64,000 bases of DNA, from the NCBI GenBank assembly GCA_040285825.1, contig JAUPSS010000005.1, positions 930,001 to 994,000 on the forward strand, given 5' to 3'. Below, piece after piece: positions 40,100 through 51,617 of the stretch. The DNA comes from Eukaryota sp. TZLM1-RC. Its lineage: Eukaryota; Protista; Metamonada: BaSk clade. The notes under the pieces were generated by a model. The model had not been told where the DNA came from. It did not search any database and saw only the letters and a list, made by a program, of their open reading frames with translations. Position 1 is the first letter of the stretch. Every line of letters begins with the position of its first letter. The position numbers and the translations under genes are program-made.

Positions 40100-41200
40100 T
40101 CATTTGTGCCATTTGCCTTCTGGATTTTTAGCATCATTGGACCGTCTGCCTTGAATTTTCTCAATGATTTTGACAATTTATGTCGTTCAAGAGGTAGAAT
40201 TTTGCTGGGAATTTATGGAACAATCGTATCATTTTTGCTTTGTACAGAAGTGTTCCCAAATACTTAAATTTAATGATGTCCAAGCTGTACAAGGATTCAT
40301 TAAAAGTTGGCGTGGAGATTTTTGTTTCTTATGTGTTTTAGTTTGTTTTGTTTTGTTTCTTCGTAAAATAATAAAATAATATTGAACATTTAAAATTCAA
40401 TCGTATTGTTTAACTTTGGCTATATCCGGTTTCCTTTTCCAGATGTTACATAACACTGCTTTTAGAAATTCTTCTGTAAAATGTTAATCAGTAACTGTCG
40501 AGAATAATAGATCCAATTATACAGATAACATTGGTAAAAACAAATGATTTTAAATAATTTTGAACAGAGAAAACCGTTCTATTTTTTGAAGAACAATGTT
40601 TTGGCAACTTTACACTTGTTGAGTGCCACATCAATGATGTCTTGTGTAAAGCAGAAAAAATGCCAACGACCACTAAGAATGAGCCTCAATCAGGCGACAC
40701 TATTTCTGAAATAGCTAAAATGAATTAATCAACAATTGTTTAAACTATTTAGTAATTCAAAACTCATTAATCAACATCTCAATAATCTATCTCTCCCAAA
40801 ACCAAACAATTGGATGCAGATTTCCCATAGTGTGATTCAAGAGAAATCAAGGGATCAGACACCCACTTCAACATCCCCATAAAAATAGAAAACATAATTC
40901 TAGTTTGCAAAATCCAAATGTTAAAATTTCTGTTAGCTCTTCTTTCTCTTCTCATTTCAAAATTTCGAGGATTGAGATTTTGTTCTAATGGAAAGAAACG
41001 GAACATTTTTCAATCGTGTTTACTGGCAAAGCAGGATTTTTCCTGGGAAATTTGAAATAAATTTCCAATTTGCTCTCTTCATTTAAAAAATTTTCTGAAT
41101 CCTTAGTAATTGATTGTTTTGATGTAGAAAAGGCAAATTTGAGGATGTGAAGTTTTAATTGTGTATTTCATGATTTCTTATTCTTTATTCGATAAATTAG
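40100..41200. mobile_element. cluster of short RLE 3' fragments: F (+, ~40100-40380), D (-, ~40770-40960), C (+, ~41000-41200)
   Basis: Similarity to 35150-35430, 28020-28215 and 36520-36700. Confidence 0.7.
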
Positions 41201-41452
41201 TCAGACGAACAACAAGGTGTTTTGGATAAGTTTTATGAAAACAAAATCCTCAGTCAATAACAAGATCAAAAAAGTATAAAGTATAAAGAAGAAGAAATCA
41301 TTACATTTATTCGGAGTATAACATTTCCAATAAAAGCCGAGCTGATTATTCTCTGGCTATTGTTTCTCCTGTTGGATGAAATAAGGGTGGTATTCTATTA
41401 ATTATGCTATGATGTAAAGTTGGTTCAATAAACTATAAAGCCAAAAAAATAT

Positions 41453-43198
41453 TTAATGGTGATCCACGTGGATCCTTATTCTCAAAATCTTTTTTTTGAG
41501 ATTGGCAATAGCAACATTTGTAGCCTTCCTTCTCAATAACAGTTGTTCTCTATAACAATGAGCCTTGGTAAAACCTACAGTAGACCTAAACCATGCAAAG
41601 AATACAAACGCCATGGGAACCCAGAACATTGGATGGAGAACAATAATAGCATCCTTTGGTGTTTCATGACTAGAGAAGGGACCACAAGGATGACGGGCAG
41701 AGACGAATGTGGACAAAAACGCCCCACAAAGGGAAATCGGTAACATCAAATATAAAGAAAAGGTAAATCTAGACTTTTCTGTTCGATACATTATTCTTGG
41801 AGGTTTAAGAAAATGCTTCATGAACCATTTTACATACTTGGCATTGATGTATGCAAGGAAAAAAGAAATGATTGGTGTAAAAGGACTAAAAGGGAGAGAG
41901 GTGATGGTCAACATATAGTGATACACTAGTTTGAGAGCATAATCTTGATAATTGAATTCAGGACGCATTTGAACAATCTCCTCTCTAGATTTTTTCTTAT
42001 AGACACCACTCATAAATAGAATGAAAATTTGAGTTACTCTGAGGGTGAAAGGAACAGTAATATCCAAAACGAAAGATACAAACATTAAATTTTGAACATT
42101 TTTAGTGACCAAATTAAGCGGACAATCTGTGAGATTCTCCACCGGAAAGTAAAGCATTGAAATCGCATCATTCATTATGGGACCAAGTAACACAAGGCGG
42201 AAGCAAATCAAGAATCTCAATCGAGCAGCAGAGCGTTGGACATCATCATAATGATACTCAAGGGCAAGAATCGAATCACAGATTTTTGGACTTACCAAGT
42301 TGGCCAATGCAACCCATATTGAAAAGAATAATGAGACAGCTGTTGCAACCCATTCATCTTGGTCAGAATCACTGGGTTGATATTGTGATAAGCGCAAAGA
42401 AACAAAAAAAATCAGAACAGTCCAAGAGACAAACAACAAAGTTGCATAGACTCTACTCCTCTTGATCGACCTTGCAGTAGTCGCCTTTTGTTGATCAGGT
42501 TTGTTTTCACGAAAAATTCTACACCCATTCATGGCAAATGTTAGATCTTCATTCATGATATAGCGTTCATGGTCAGCTTCATATTTAGACTTTTTATTCC
42601 AGTTCCACGAATAGATTATATTCATGAAGGTTGGAGTATCTCTTGTTCGACCAGCTTGAATAGCATCATAGCGGTACATCAAACGACTCGAATACAAAAT
42701 AAACATTCCAGCAAATACAATGACAATGAAATACCCAAAAATAATGAAAAATGTCCAATAAATTTTCAACACATAAGAAAGAGTTGACGGCAGAAACAAA
42801 GTTGGATAAAAGCCACTGAATATCAAAAACACAGATTGATCATTCTCCAAAAGTTCTTTGATGTGCTTATAAAGCAAAACCCCAGAGAGCAAGGAAAGTA
42901 AAAAAATTGCTCCAAGCACAGATCGACATAGAGAGAAGTAGTAAGCACATGTAGAACCGAAAGCACGTTCAATCTCAAGAAATGTTTGTTTGAGAGGAAG
43001 AAATGCAGATGAGAGTGTATTGATGAGCACCTCGATCCTGGAAGAGAACTTGACTGGTTTGAGGTCTTCATAGATCAGTTCTTCATATTTGTTGGTTTCC
43101 ACCACATTGGTGTGAATGTCCTGGTTGACATCAAAATCAAAAAGTGAATCTGTATGATCATCATCCTGAAGAACCTGTCCCGGTATTTCATTATTCAT
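41453..43198 (-). CDS. transmembrane channel-like (TMC) protein
   Basis: IERAFGS..YYF..R; PEF....LKLVY...PFSPF.P; CGPFS; multiple TMs. Confidence 0.85.
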   Translation of the reverse strand: MNNEIPGQVLQDDDHTDSLFDFDVNQDIHTNVVETNKYEELIYEDLKPVKFSSRIEVLINTLSSAFLPLKQTFLEIERAFGSTCAYYFSLCRSVLGAIFLLSLLSGVLLYKHIKELLENDQSVFLIFSGFYPTLFLPSTLSYVLKIYWTFFIIFGYFIVIVFAGMFILYSSRLMYRYDAIQAGRTRDTPTFMNIIYSWNWNKKSKYEADHERYIMNEDLTFAMNGCRIFRENKPDQQKATTARSIKRSRVYATLLFVSWTVLIFFVSLRLSQYQPSDSDQDEWVATAVSLFFSIWVALANLVSPKICDSILALEYHYDDVQRSAARLRFLICFRLVLLGPIMNDAISMLYFPVENLTDCPLNLVTKNVQNLMFVSFVLDITVPFTLRVTQIFILFMSGVYKKKSREEIVQMRPEFNYQDYALKLVYHYMLTITSLPFSPFTPIISFFLAYINAKYVKWFMKHFLKPPRIMYRTEKSRFTFSLYLMLPISLCGAFLSTFVSARHPCGPFSSHETPKDAIIVLHPMFWVPMAFVFFAWFRSTVGFTKAHCYREQLLLRRKATNVAIANLKKKILRIRIHVDHH

Positions 43199-43546
43199 TT
43201 TGGAGATGTTTGCTTTGGAAAAATTTATGCTGAACCAAAAACCACTTCAAATTTAGATTTTACTGATTTGCTCTTGAATTCATACAGGATAGGGTTAACC
43301 AACATCAACCAGGTGTTAGTCAACATGATCTTTTGAAACATCTTTTATTCTATCTAACAATTCATTCAATTATATTCCAATTCAAGAAATGCTTACTTTG
43401 TTCAATAATGCTGCTTACAAAGATGATGGGGTACTAATAGTCAACGTTGAGTCAGCGAAAGCATAGGTACCAAATCTAAATTGTAAATAGTAAATTAATC
43501 TATTATCACCATCCATCAATTCTTACTTTCCATTCCTACTCTATTT

Positions 43547-44398
43547 ATGCCCTTAAATGAATGGTGGAATCCGCTCTTCGTGATCTTGTTTGTCTATCTC
43601 CTCATATGCATCCACTCTCTCCTCGAAGTGATCAAAACTCGCCGTAAACTTACCAAAGCCACTGATTTCACCTCTGCACATCGTTCTCGACTTCTATTTT
43701 ATCTCCTTCTTCTCCTGGCCGCACTCACTCGACTTGCCGTGTTAGTCCAACAAACAATCCAATCCTTCCAGGGAGACGAACCCCGTAGTTGGGAGTACGA
43801 TTGGCTACACCTAGTCCCTGTTCTTTTCTTCCTCTCTGCTTTCTCTGTCATTGTAGTCTTCTTCTCACGCCTGTACCATGCTACTCTCTCCATCCATTCT
43901 ACTATTCTCTCTTCCTTTTATTACTATCTCAACCTCATCACCTACATTGTATTTCTTTTCATTTCGATTTTCACTCTGGGACAGCAGCCAAATAGCACCA
44001 CCATGACTGCATTCAAGAGACAATCGTTTATTTGCTTTGCCATCTCCTTCTACATTTCAGCTGGTGCCCTCTTCTATTATGGTTATCACATCTCCACCTC
44101 TTTATCCAATGCTATTTACATAAGATCTGGCTTAGATCCAAGGTCGTTTTTGAAGAAGCGGTGTTTGTTATTAATGATTGTTATTGGAAGTGTCTTTACT
44201 TTACGAGGAACTTTCTTTTTGGCGGAAAGTTTTTTAAAGTCTGAATTTCGACCTTCTTTTTTGAGCGATGTTGTGTGGGAGGTTTGTTATTTTCTTATGG
44301 CTGAGGGTTTACCATCGATTTTTTGCTGCTACTTGCTCAACGTTAAACCGAAAAAGAATAAAAAAGCTGATACTTTGTTGGTTAATGTTGAGGGTTAG
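43547..44398 (+). CDS. TOM1/THH1/GPR137-like 7TM protein (DUF1084)
   Basis: About seven hydrophobic segments; P.LFFLSAFS, F.LRG, YF..AE.LPS. Confidence 0.75.
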   Translation: MPLNEWWNPLFVILFVYLLICIHSLLEVIKTRRKLTKATDFTSAHRSRLLFYLLLLLAALTRLAVLVQQTIQSFQGDEPRSWEYDWLHLVPVLFFLSAFSVIVVFFSRLYHATLSIHSTILSSFYYYLNLITYIVFLFISIFTLGQQPNSTTMTAFKRQSFICFAISFYISAGALFYYGYHISTSLSNAIYIRSGLDPRSFLKKRCLLLMIVIGSVFTLRGTFFLAESFLKSEFRPSFLSDVVWEVCYFLMAEGLPSIFCCYLLNVKPKKNKKADTLLVNVEG

Positions 44399-44422
44399 GG
44401 TTAAGGTTAAGGTTAGGGTTAG
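44391..44422 (+). repeat. short TTAGGG/TTAAGG telomere-like array
   Basis: AGGGTT AGGGTT AAGGTT AAGGTT AGGGTT AG. Confidence 0.55.
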
Positions 44423-45134
44423 TCATTTTTTTGTGTTTATATTTGTTAATAAATTTATTATTATTATTATGGTATTGATTCTCGTTAATGAACAATTCGT
44501 TATAGTTAATATTCAGTTTGGTTCAGATAGCAGGTATTATTGTTTAATATGATAAGCCCGTTTTGGATAGTGATAGTGATTTCTTGCTCCTTGAAAGAAT
44601 TTTTATAAAATTCTTATTTTTCTATTTTTATAGATTTTATAAAATTTATCACCATTATATAAAAATATATAGAAAACGGTGATTAAAATTAATTAGTTAC
44701 GTCTGTGAAGGGAAATTGATTAATGTATTTTGTATATCTTTGGGATATTATATTTTGAAAACGAAACATAAAATTGCTCCACAGCAGATTTGTTTAGTAT
44801 CAAATAAGTAAAAAAATTGTGATTTATCAAAAATTCGGATATTTTAAGGGTACAGAATGGGAATCTTGTATCTGATTATTTAAAATTAACTAATTAAATT
44901 GCAACATTTATTTCATTTTTGAACTTTGTATTCGACAACAATTCACTAATGCGAAATATAAACGTACTTCCTTGTTTGAGTTATTTTGTTGAAAAATTTC
45001 AGAAATTTTTCTTCTCAGGGCCATCTTCCCAGCCAAAACGCCAAGTTCTCACAGATCAAATCTCCTGTCAAAGCTCAAGAGTTACAAGCTCTTTTTACTG
45101 CATTACAAAAGGAAGGTAATGAGAAAATGGACAC

Positions 45135-47425
45135 TTTGAATCTCCCAAAAGCTTCCTGGCAAATGACAGTCACTGACGACCATATTGATAATAGATCTAT
45201 TTTGACAAATCATTTATGTTTAAGGAGCAAGCTTTGGATCAAAGAATATTCCAGCAATTTTTCAAAGTGTAGATGGAAATTTTCCAAATAGAAGGAGTAT
45301 TCAATTACATCGTTGACACAATTATAATAGGATCAAACCATCATAAATTCTTTGACAGAATACAGAGGGTACTGCAATGCGCAAAAAATAGAAGAGCGAA
45401 CATTCGACTGAAAGAATGTACTGTCGTTACTGACAAACAACCAATTGACATTTTAAGCAGCACTGTCCCATTCAAACAAGGAAAATCAGCAAAAAACGAG
45501 TAGCTGCTCTAATAAATGAATCTGCTTCTAAAACAATTAAAGACGCACGGTTTTTAGTCGGCTCGGGCAGTTTCATAAGAGTTCAGCTCCCAAATAATTT
45601 ACAACTGACATAACCCGTAAGCGAATCAATAAAATACGATCAACGTTGTGTAAATTGGGAACCCAAACACGACGAACTATTAGACTAAGTAAAACCACTG
45701 ATGATAAATCACATGCCTCTAGAATTACCTTTACCAGACAAACGCATTCTGATAAGCAGCGATGCATCTAACATCGCTGTAGAAGGAGTCATTTGGCAGC
45801 AAGTCGCTCCTTACGCACCCATAGAATCTGCTTTACGAGATAGAGAAAAACAACCAATTTTCTGTTACCATACGATTTAACTAATACTCAAAAGCGTTGA
45901 TCAACTTTACAAAAAAATTATATGCAATCTTATCAATATTAATGGCAAATCATTTGGAAATTATTCTGATTACTGGACACCTGACTATTTTCACCGAGCA
46001 CAGAAAGAATAACGCACCACGGTTCCGAAAAAATAACAGAATTGTCAAAAGATGGTTACCTATACTGTTAGACTTTGACTTTGACATCGGAAATGGAAAA
46101 AACAAAGACAATTACTCGGCTGATATTATGTCTAGAAACACTGATATAAATTTAAAAATCCGGGAATAAACCACATCAATTACCCACATGATACCTTTTG
46201 GCACGGTGATATACCAATTCTTGACGACGATTCTTATTGGCAAGATCCAGACCATATCCATGTTTTCGAATCAGCAAAGCACCCAAATTTAGCCTTTGTT
46301 TCAAATCAGCTCTTAAAAGTTAGAACAACACCTAGCCATTAACAAAAACGATTCATCTTTTAATAATGCTAAACTATACGAAAACTCAAAAATCTGGCAA
46401 AGTGATCATAACAAATTAATAACTCCGACCAAACTAAGAAAAACGGAACTCAGTTCAAAACATCATTGAACCGAATCAGACCACTTAAGCAAAAACAAAA
46501 GTCTTCATAAACTTTTCAAAAGTGATCTCTAATAACCATACATGAGAAAAGTTCTGATCAGACACATAAAACGTTATCCTAGTTGTCAAAGAACATCACC
46601 AGTAAAGAAATCTAAGACTGCCTCAACTGGTTCCCTGTGGGCTAATATCCATTCTGCAAAATTAAACGTGGCCACAATTGGCCCACTCAATAAAGTCAAG
46701 AATGATAATAAATGAAAATATCTCCTAATAATGAGAAAAAATAGAGTATCACCAATTACTAAACACATCCATTCATAATAACAACAATAATGAAAAATAA
46801 TGACTATATTCTTTGAAAAAATGATCAACCAAATAAATGACATGAATATTGGTTCATCCGATATCTTATTCTAGAAGTCCTTTCCAACTTCATGATTTTA
46901 ATAAAAGCCTGACGACTGGTGAACAGGCAAAAATATCTAAGAGGGACTGTTGAATTGAGAATGCTGACAATTCTAAACCATGTTGGTCTACTTAAGGGCA
47001 ATTGCGGCTACCGACTCAGATTAATCAAGTCATCGAAGGAATTCTTGATCAATATAGCACTGCTCAAGGACCCTTCTGTACTGTGAAGTGATTTGGTGGA
47101 ACCGAGGAACAATTCCATTTTATCAGATATTCAGAAGCTTATGCACGATTTAATAAGAAACCAAGTAAATAAACGAAAATCTATTCAAGCAAAGAACTCA
47201 GTTCAGGCTCTCACAGTGCCTCAGCAATAGTGTTCTCTGCATGAAAAACAGAAAAACAATCGTACATAATTTCAATTAAAAAACGGGAGAAGGTAGTGTT
47301 GGTAACACATTAGTGAGTACCTTATTGTATCTTGTATAGGTTTAAATGAAATTATTTTTATCTTGGTGCCCTTTACATAACACATAATTTCAATATTCAG
47401 CTAGCTAATAGGACTTTCGGCAACA
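45135..47425 (+). mobile_element. old, heavily mutated Gypsy pol relic with 3' LTR 47297-47425
   Basis: LPKASWQM, FQIEGVF..IVD, IVKRWLPIL, STGSLWA. PPT AAAACGGGAGAAGGTAG followed by TGTTG..GGCAACA. Confidence 0.85.
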
Positions 47426-47759
47426 GGTCTCCTCCATGAAACTAAATGTCTTTTTTAATGAATCGCAGTCATTTTTTCCACAAATTTTCGGGGTTGTTGT
47501 TTTGAAATATCAAATAGTATTAAAATTCCTGCAAAAATGAGACATGTACTGTGTTAAAATTGATACTATCATGATAGCAAAAGTAGGCGTGACCTTATTG
47601 CACCCTACTTGATTACCGTAATTTAAGAATGAAACACAAGACTGTTGATCACCGTAGCAAATCATTAAATTTTTATTGCCGTTGAGAATATACCTACAGC
47701 ATTTTCCTAATAAAATCTTCCTAGTGATCACAACGAGCCAAAAACAAGGCTAATCATTC

Positions 47760-48540
47760 CCTCAAAACAGAAAATACAATTCAGTTTTACCCAAGGTTCC
47801 AAATGAAGAAAAAGCAAAAGAACAAAATAGGTATTAATTATGTGAGTTGGAATTCAAATTATTGATTTCTTCAACATAGTTGATACTTTTAACTACTTCA
47901 GCTCTATGTAAAGGTGAATTATAAGATGGTGTCATTGCACTGTTTTAAACACCAGTAGATCTGGCGTCAATAATGATCATTGATTTATCAAAACCGGTAA
48001 CTAGCACATCACTGCGGCCATCATCAAAAGAATTTCTGTCAGCTTCATCATCCAAATTTGACAGCAAAGGTTCTAAAAAGGATTCGATCATGTAGGATTT
48101 AAACATACAATAGATCTGATCACGAACTGCATCATGCATTTTTGATCTAACTAAAAGTAACAAAACGATTAGAATTAAAAAAATGGGTTGGAGTGACAGG
48201 CTTTCCACATTTACAAATTAAACCATAAAGGAGATTATCAGGGCAAATAAAAAATTGAAGACGCATAGAAATAAAAAGCAAGAGTAATCTGGAAACAAAC
48301 CATAATTTTTTGGCCATTGATTAATTGAAATAGACACATAACTATCACAAACATCCAGTAATTTTTTTTGCAAAAGTGGGATTTTTTTGTTTGGCCATGC
48401 CAAGACGTACTTCATAATCCACGCCTTTAAATATTTTTGTCAGTTTTTGTTGAAGTTCCTTACACGATACCTTAAATGGATTAAATTTCGTGGCGGAATC
48501 TCTTGAACTGAGTCGGGAAAACATTGACACCAAATTTCTG
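47760..48540 (-). mobile_element. degenerate RLE non-LTR fragment, family G
   Basis: VRLGMAKQKNP, HDAVRDQIY, FLEPLL, GRSDV..IID. Confidence 0.75.
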
Positions 48541-49399
48541 GTGCATCGTGACCAATAGCAACATCAAGGTTATACAAATATATAAAAAAATGATGGACTA
48601 AGCAATTGGCTATCATTATGGAAACGATGAACGCAAATTAGATTCATTCAATTCTGACTTTTTGTTGATGTTGAAGTTCATCAATATTTTTATGTTAAAT
48701 TCGATTTCAATCCTGAAAAAGGGATGAAAAAGTTACAGAAAAGAAGCATGAAAGTCAAAATCAATTTTGATATTAGTACACTTAATTCGCTCATTTTCAA
48801 TTTTTTTTTTGAAATTTCTCCTCGGAATTGTTTATTGTTTATTATATTGTTTTAGACTTGATGCTTTTGTAAGGAATTGAGAAGAATTAGGACAATGGTG
48901 TACTTCCGAAATACACTTCTATTATCCGTTGTCAAATGTATTTTTACATAAACAGTAAACATTTCAAGAAAACTTAATGATAAAAATCATAGTTGAACAT
49001 CACAATTTTTCCACTCTGTAATACCTGTGTTATCACAACTGTTGCCCACAATATCACATCAGAGTGTCATACTTCGTGTATACCATATCACAACTATGTC
49101 TTCACCAAATGGAACCAACACATGGTGATCAATCTTTTTCAATGAAAATGAAATTTCAAGTTGTCCTGATAAATCACAAAGAACTTCATCTACAGAATCA
49201 TTAAAGTTTATCGTTAAGAAAAATTAAAAACAATTTGCTGCTGCTGTGTTTCTTCCATCTGCAACGACACTCTTTTGGCTGGCTCAAAAATTGTTTACAA
49301 AAAGTTCTAGAAATGTGTTGAGGCTCCTTGACCAAGAGAAATAAGTTGAACGATACCAGAACTTCATCATTGAGAACTGACCGTTCCACATGAAGATTT

Positions 49400-49635
49400 G
49401 CTAGATGATGGTTAACATGTGACCAGTTTCGTTCAGTAGCGGTGGCAGATGCACATCCATGAGTGAAACGAACAGCAAGGTGGTCAACAGCAGGATACAT
49501 GATGACTCCATTGGACTTCCACCATTTATGAGAAGGATTTTCGTTGGATATTTCTGGCTCAGTTTCAAGGTAGTTAGTAAGATCGTTGTTGAGTGCGGCT
49601 ATTTGTGAAGGAAAATGGTTGAAATACTTTCTCAA
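49400..49635 (-). mobile_element. hAT transposase C-terminal dimerisation domain relic
   Basis: YL...WWK...YP....LA......SATATERNWS. Confidence 0.75.
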
Positions 49636-49924
49636 TTTCAGAACATGCTCAACTTGCTAATATTCATATATAGATATATGCTGATATGTTCAAAGGACTA
49701 AAAAATCAGATCAATCAGAAATATCAATCACAGAAATCACATCACACAAAATTGTGATACTAAAGTATGGATAAATGTTGCTGATCCAATCATATTTGCT
49801 AAAGGAAAGATTTGATAGTACTAAAACCTACCTTGAAATTAATACACCAACATGATTTTCATAAAGGTTTGTTTAATTATATTTGTTTTGAACTTGTTTT
49901 AACCGATTGATTTCTGAAACAGAC

Positions 49925-50432
49925 TCGAATTAGAGAAGCTTTAGCTAGACAGCAAGCAGATCAAGATTTTGTAGAGGAAATCTTGGTTCAATGATAGTCG
50001 TCCCATTAGTTATGAGTTCATTTATTTAAGTGTGCAAATTCAATAAATACATTCTTTGTTCAAAGAAACAGACTCATTTTAGGAATCAACAATAACTTTA
50101 ATTAAAACTTTAGAACCTACTCATACTTCATCAATTGGATGAGGAAAAATTGTCCTTGTTCACTTGAATAGCAACTCGCTTGTTTTAAAACTCGCTAATA
50201 TATTCATATTTATTGAATTTGCACACTTAATTAAATTAACTCATAACTAATGGGACGACTATCATTGAACCAAGATTTCCTCTAAAAAATCATGATCTGC
50301 TTGCTGTCTAGCTAAATCTTCTCTTATTCGATTGAAATACCGTGGTAATCTATTAATAATGGCAAATTGAATCCGCGAACGCCATAAAAAAATATCAAAT
50401 ACTTTCAAAGTTTTTTCTTGCACCATTTTTTG
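49925..50432. mobile_element. two inverted 3' fragments of RLE family E (+ ~49925-50050; - ~50207-50432)
   Basis: Both match 19080-19310. Confidence 0.8.
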
Positions 50433-50434
50433 GA

Positions 50435-50783
50435 TATCACCTACACAGCTTTTGCAGCACATGCAGCATGGTTGTTTGTGGCCACCATTGCAAATGTACT
50501 AACCGTTTTAGCTTGGATGGGAGTTGACCTCGCCAGCCAGATCATTGCACAAATTCTCCTCATTGTCGTTCCTTGTGCTTTCGTGTTTGTTTTCAAGAAA
50601 CTTGCCTCAGGACATGATTATTCTCCCTACTTAGTTCTGGCATGGGCAATTCTTGGTATTGGAATTAAGAACAGTGAATTTGTTTTGACTTTTGTGCTTG
50701 CTATTGTAATGACTGTTTCCTCAGTGCTGGTTACAATTCCACAAGTTGGTGAGGTTTTACGAAAGTTGATTAGAAATGTTTAG
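50435..50783 (+). pseudogene. 3' half of a TspO-like/DUF1774-like membrane protein gene
   Basis: AWLFVATIAN and YLVLAWAILGI motifs. The 5' end abuts a family E fragment; no ATG start is visible. Confidence 0.55.
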
Positions 50784-51617
50784 TTTTTTTGAGTTCATAT
50801 AAATTATATTTGGGTTTTCTGTTGCCTTAGGTTGCAAAAGTGGTTGAGATAAAGATAATTTATTTTCTATTCATATTATAAAAGCCTTAGGGCGCCAACA
50901 CTGCTTCTTCCCTTTTTCAGAGCTAATAGGCTTATACAAATATGAATCTAAACTATAACAAATAACTAAATAACTAAATAACTAAATAACTAAATCTAAA
51001 CTGAGAATTAGCATCACTTCCTAATTCTAGTACTGCGTCTAGGCCTCTTGCAAGGCGCAGAGTTATTGGAGGTACTCTTACGTTGACTAGTAGTACGTTT
51101 TCCAATTTTCTTGTTATTCCTACTGAACAACTTGTAAGCTTCTGAATGTTTAACTGAATGGAGAGGCTCTTCTGTTGTCTCACCGACAAACCATTGAACA
51201 GTACAGAAACTACCTGAGTCAGAATTATATTCTGAGAGGATTTTCTCTATAACATGTTTCTCAGCATCGCCTGCTGCGACTGCCTTAAGGAATTTGATAT
51301 CCCGAGGATTATCTGCGTTATAGATTTTACAATCTTTCTTAGCAGCCTTTAATTCACTGCCAGTGATAAGATTCTTTAATAATAAAGTGGAGTTGGAAGG
51401 ATGGTCTATTACTAAAAAGGGTCCGTTCCAAGAACCATGTAATTTATTATTCTGTTTGGTTTTACGTAGGACATAGTCACCAATATTCAATACTATAGAG
51501 CGCGAAGTAGTATTGTCTACTGAAATCGGAGTATTTGATAATTGATGACGCTCTGCTTCTTCCCTTTTTTCTTGCAGACGAGTATTTTTCATTTTAATAT
51601 CGTCTAATAAAGGTATA

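Noticed and set aside
49925-50330. Inverted repeat as a MITE or DNA transposon TIR pair
   Set aside because: Both arms are 3' ends of RLE family E and no flanking TSD was seen.
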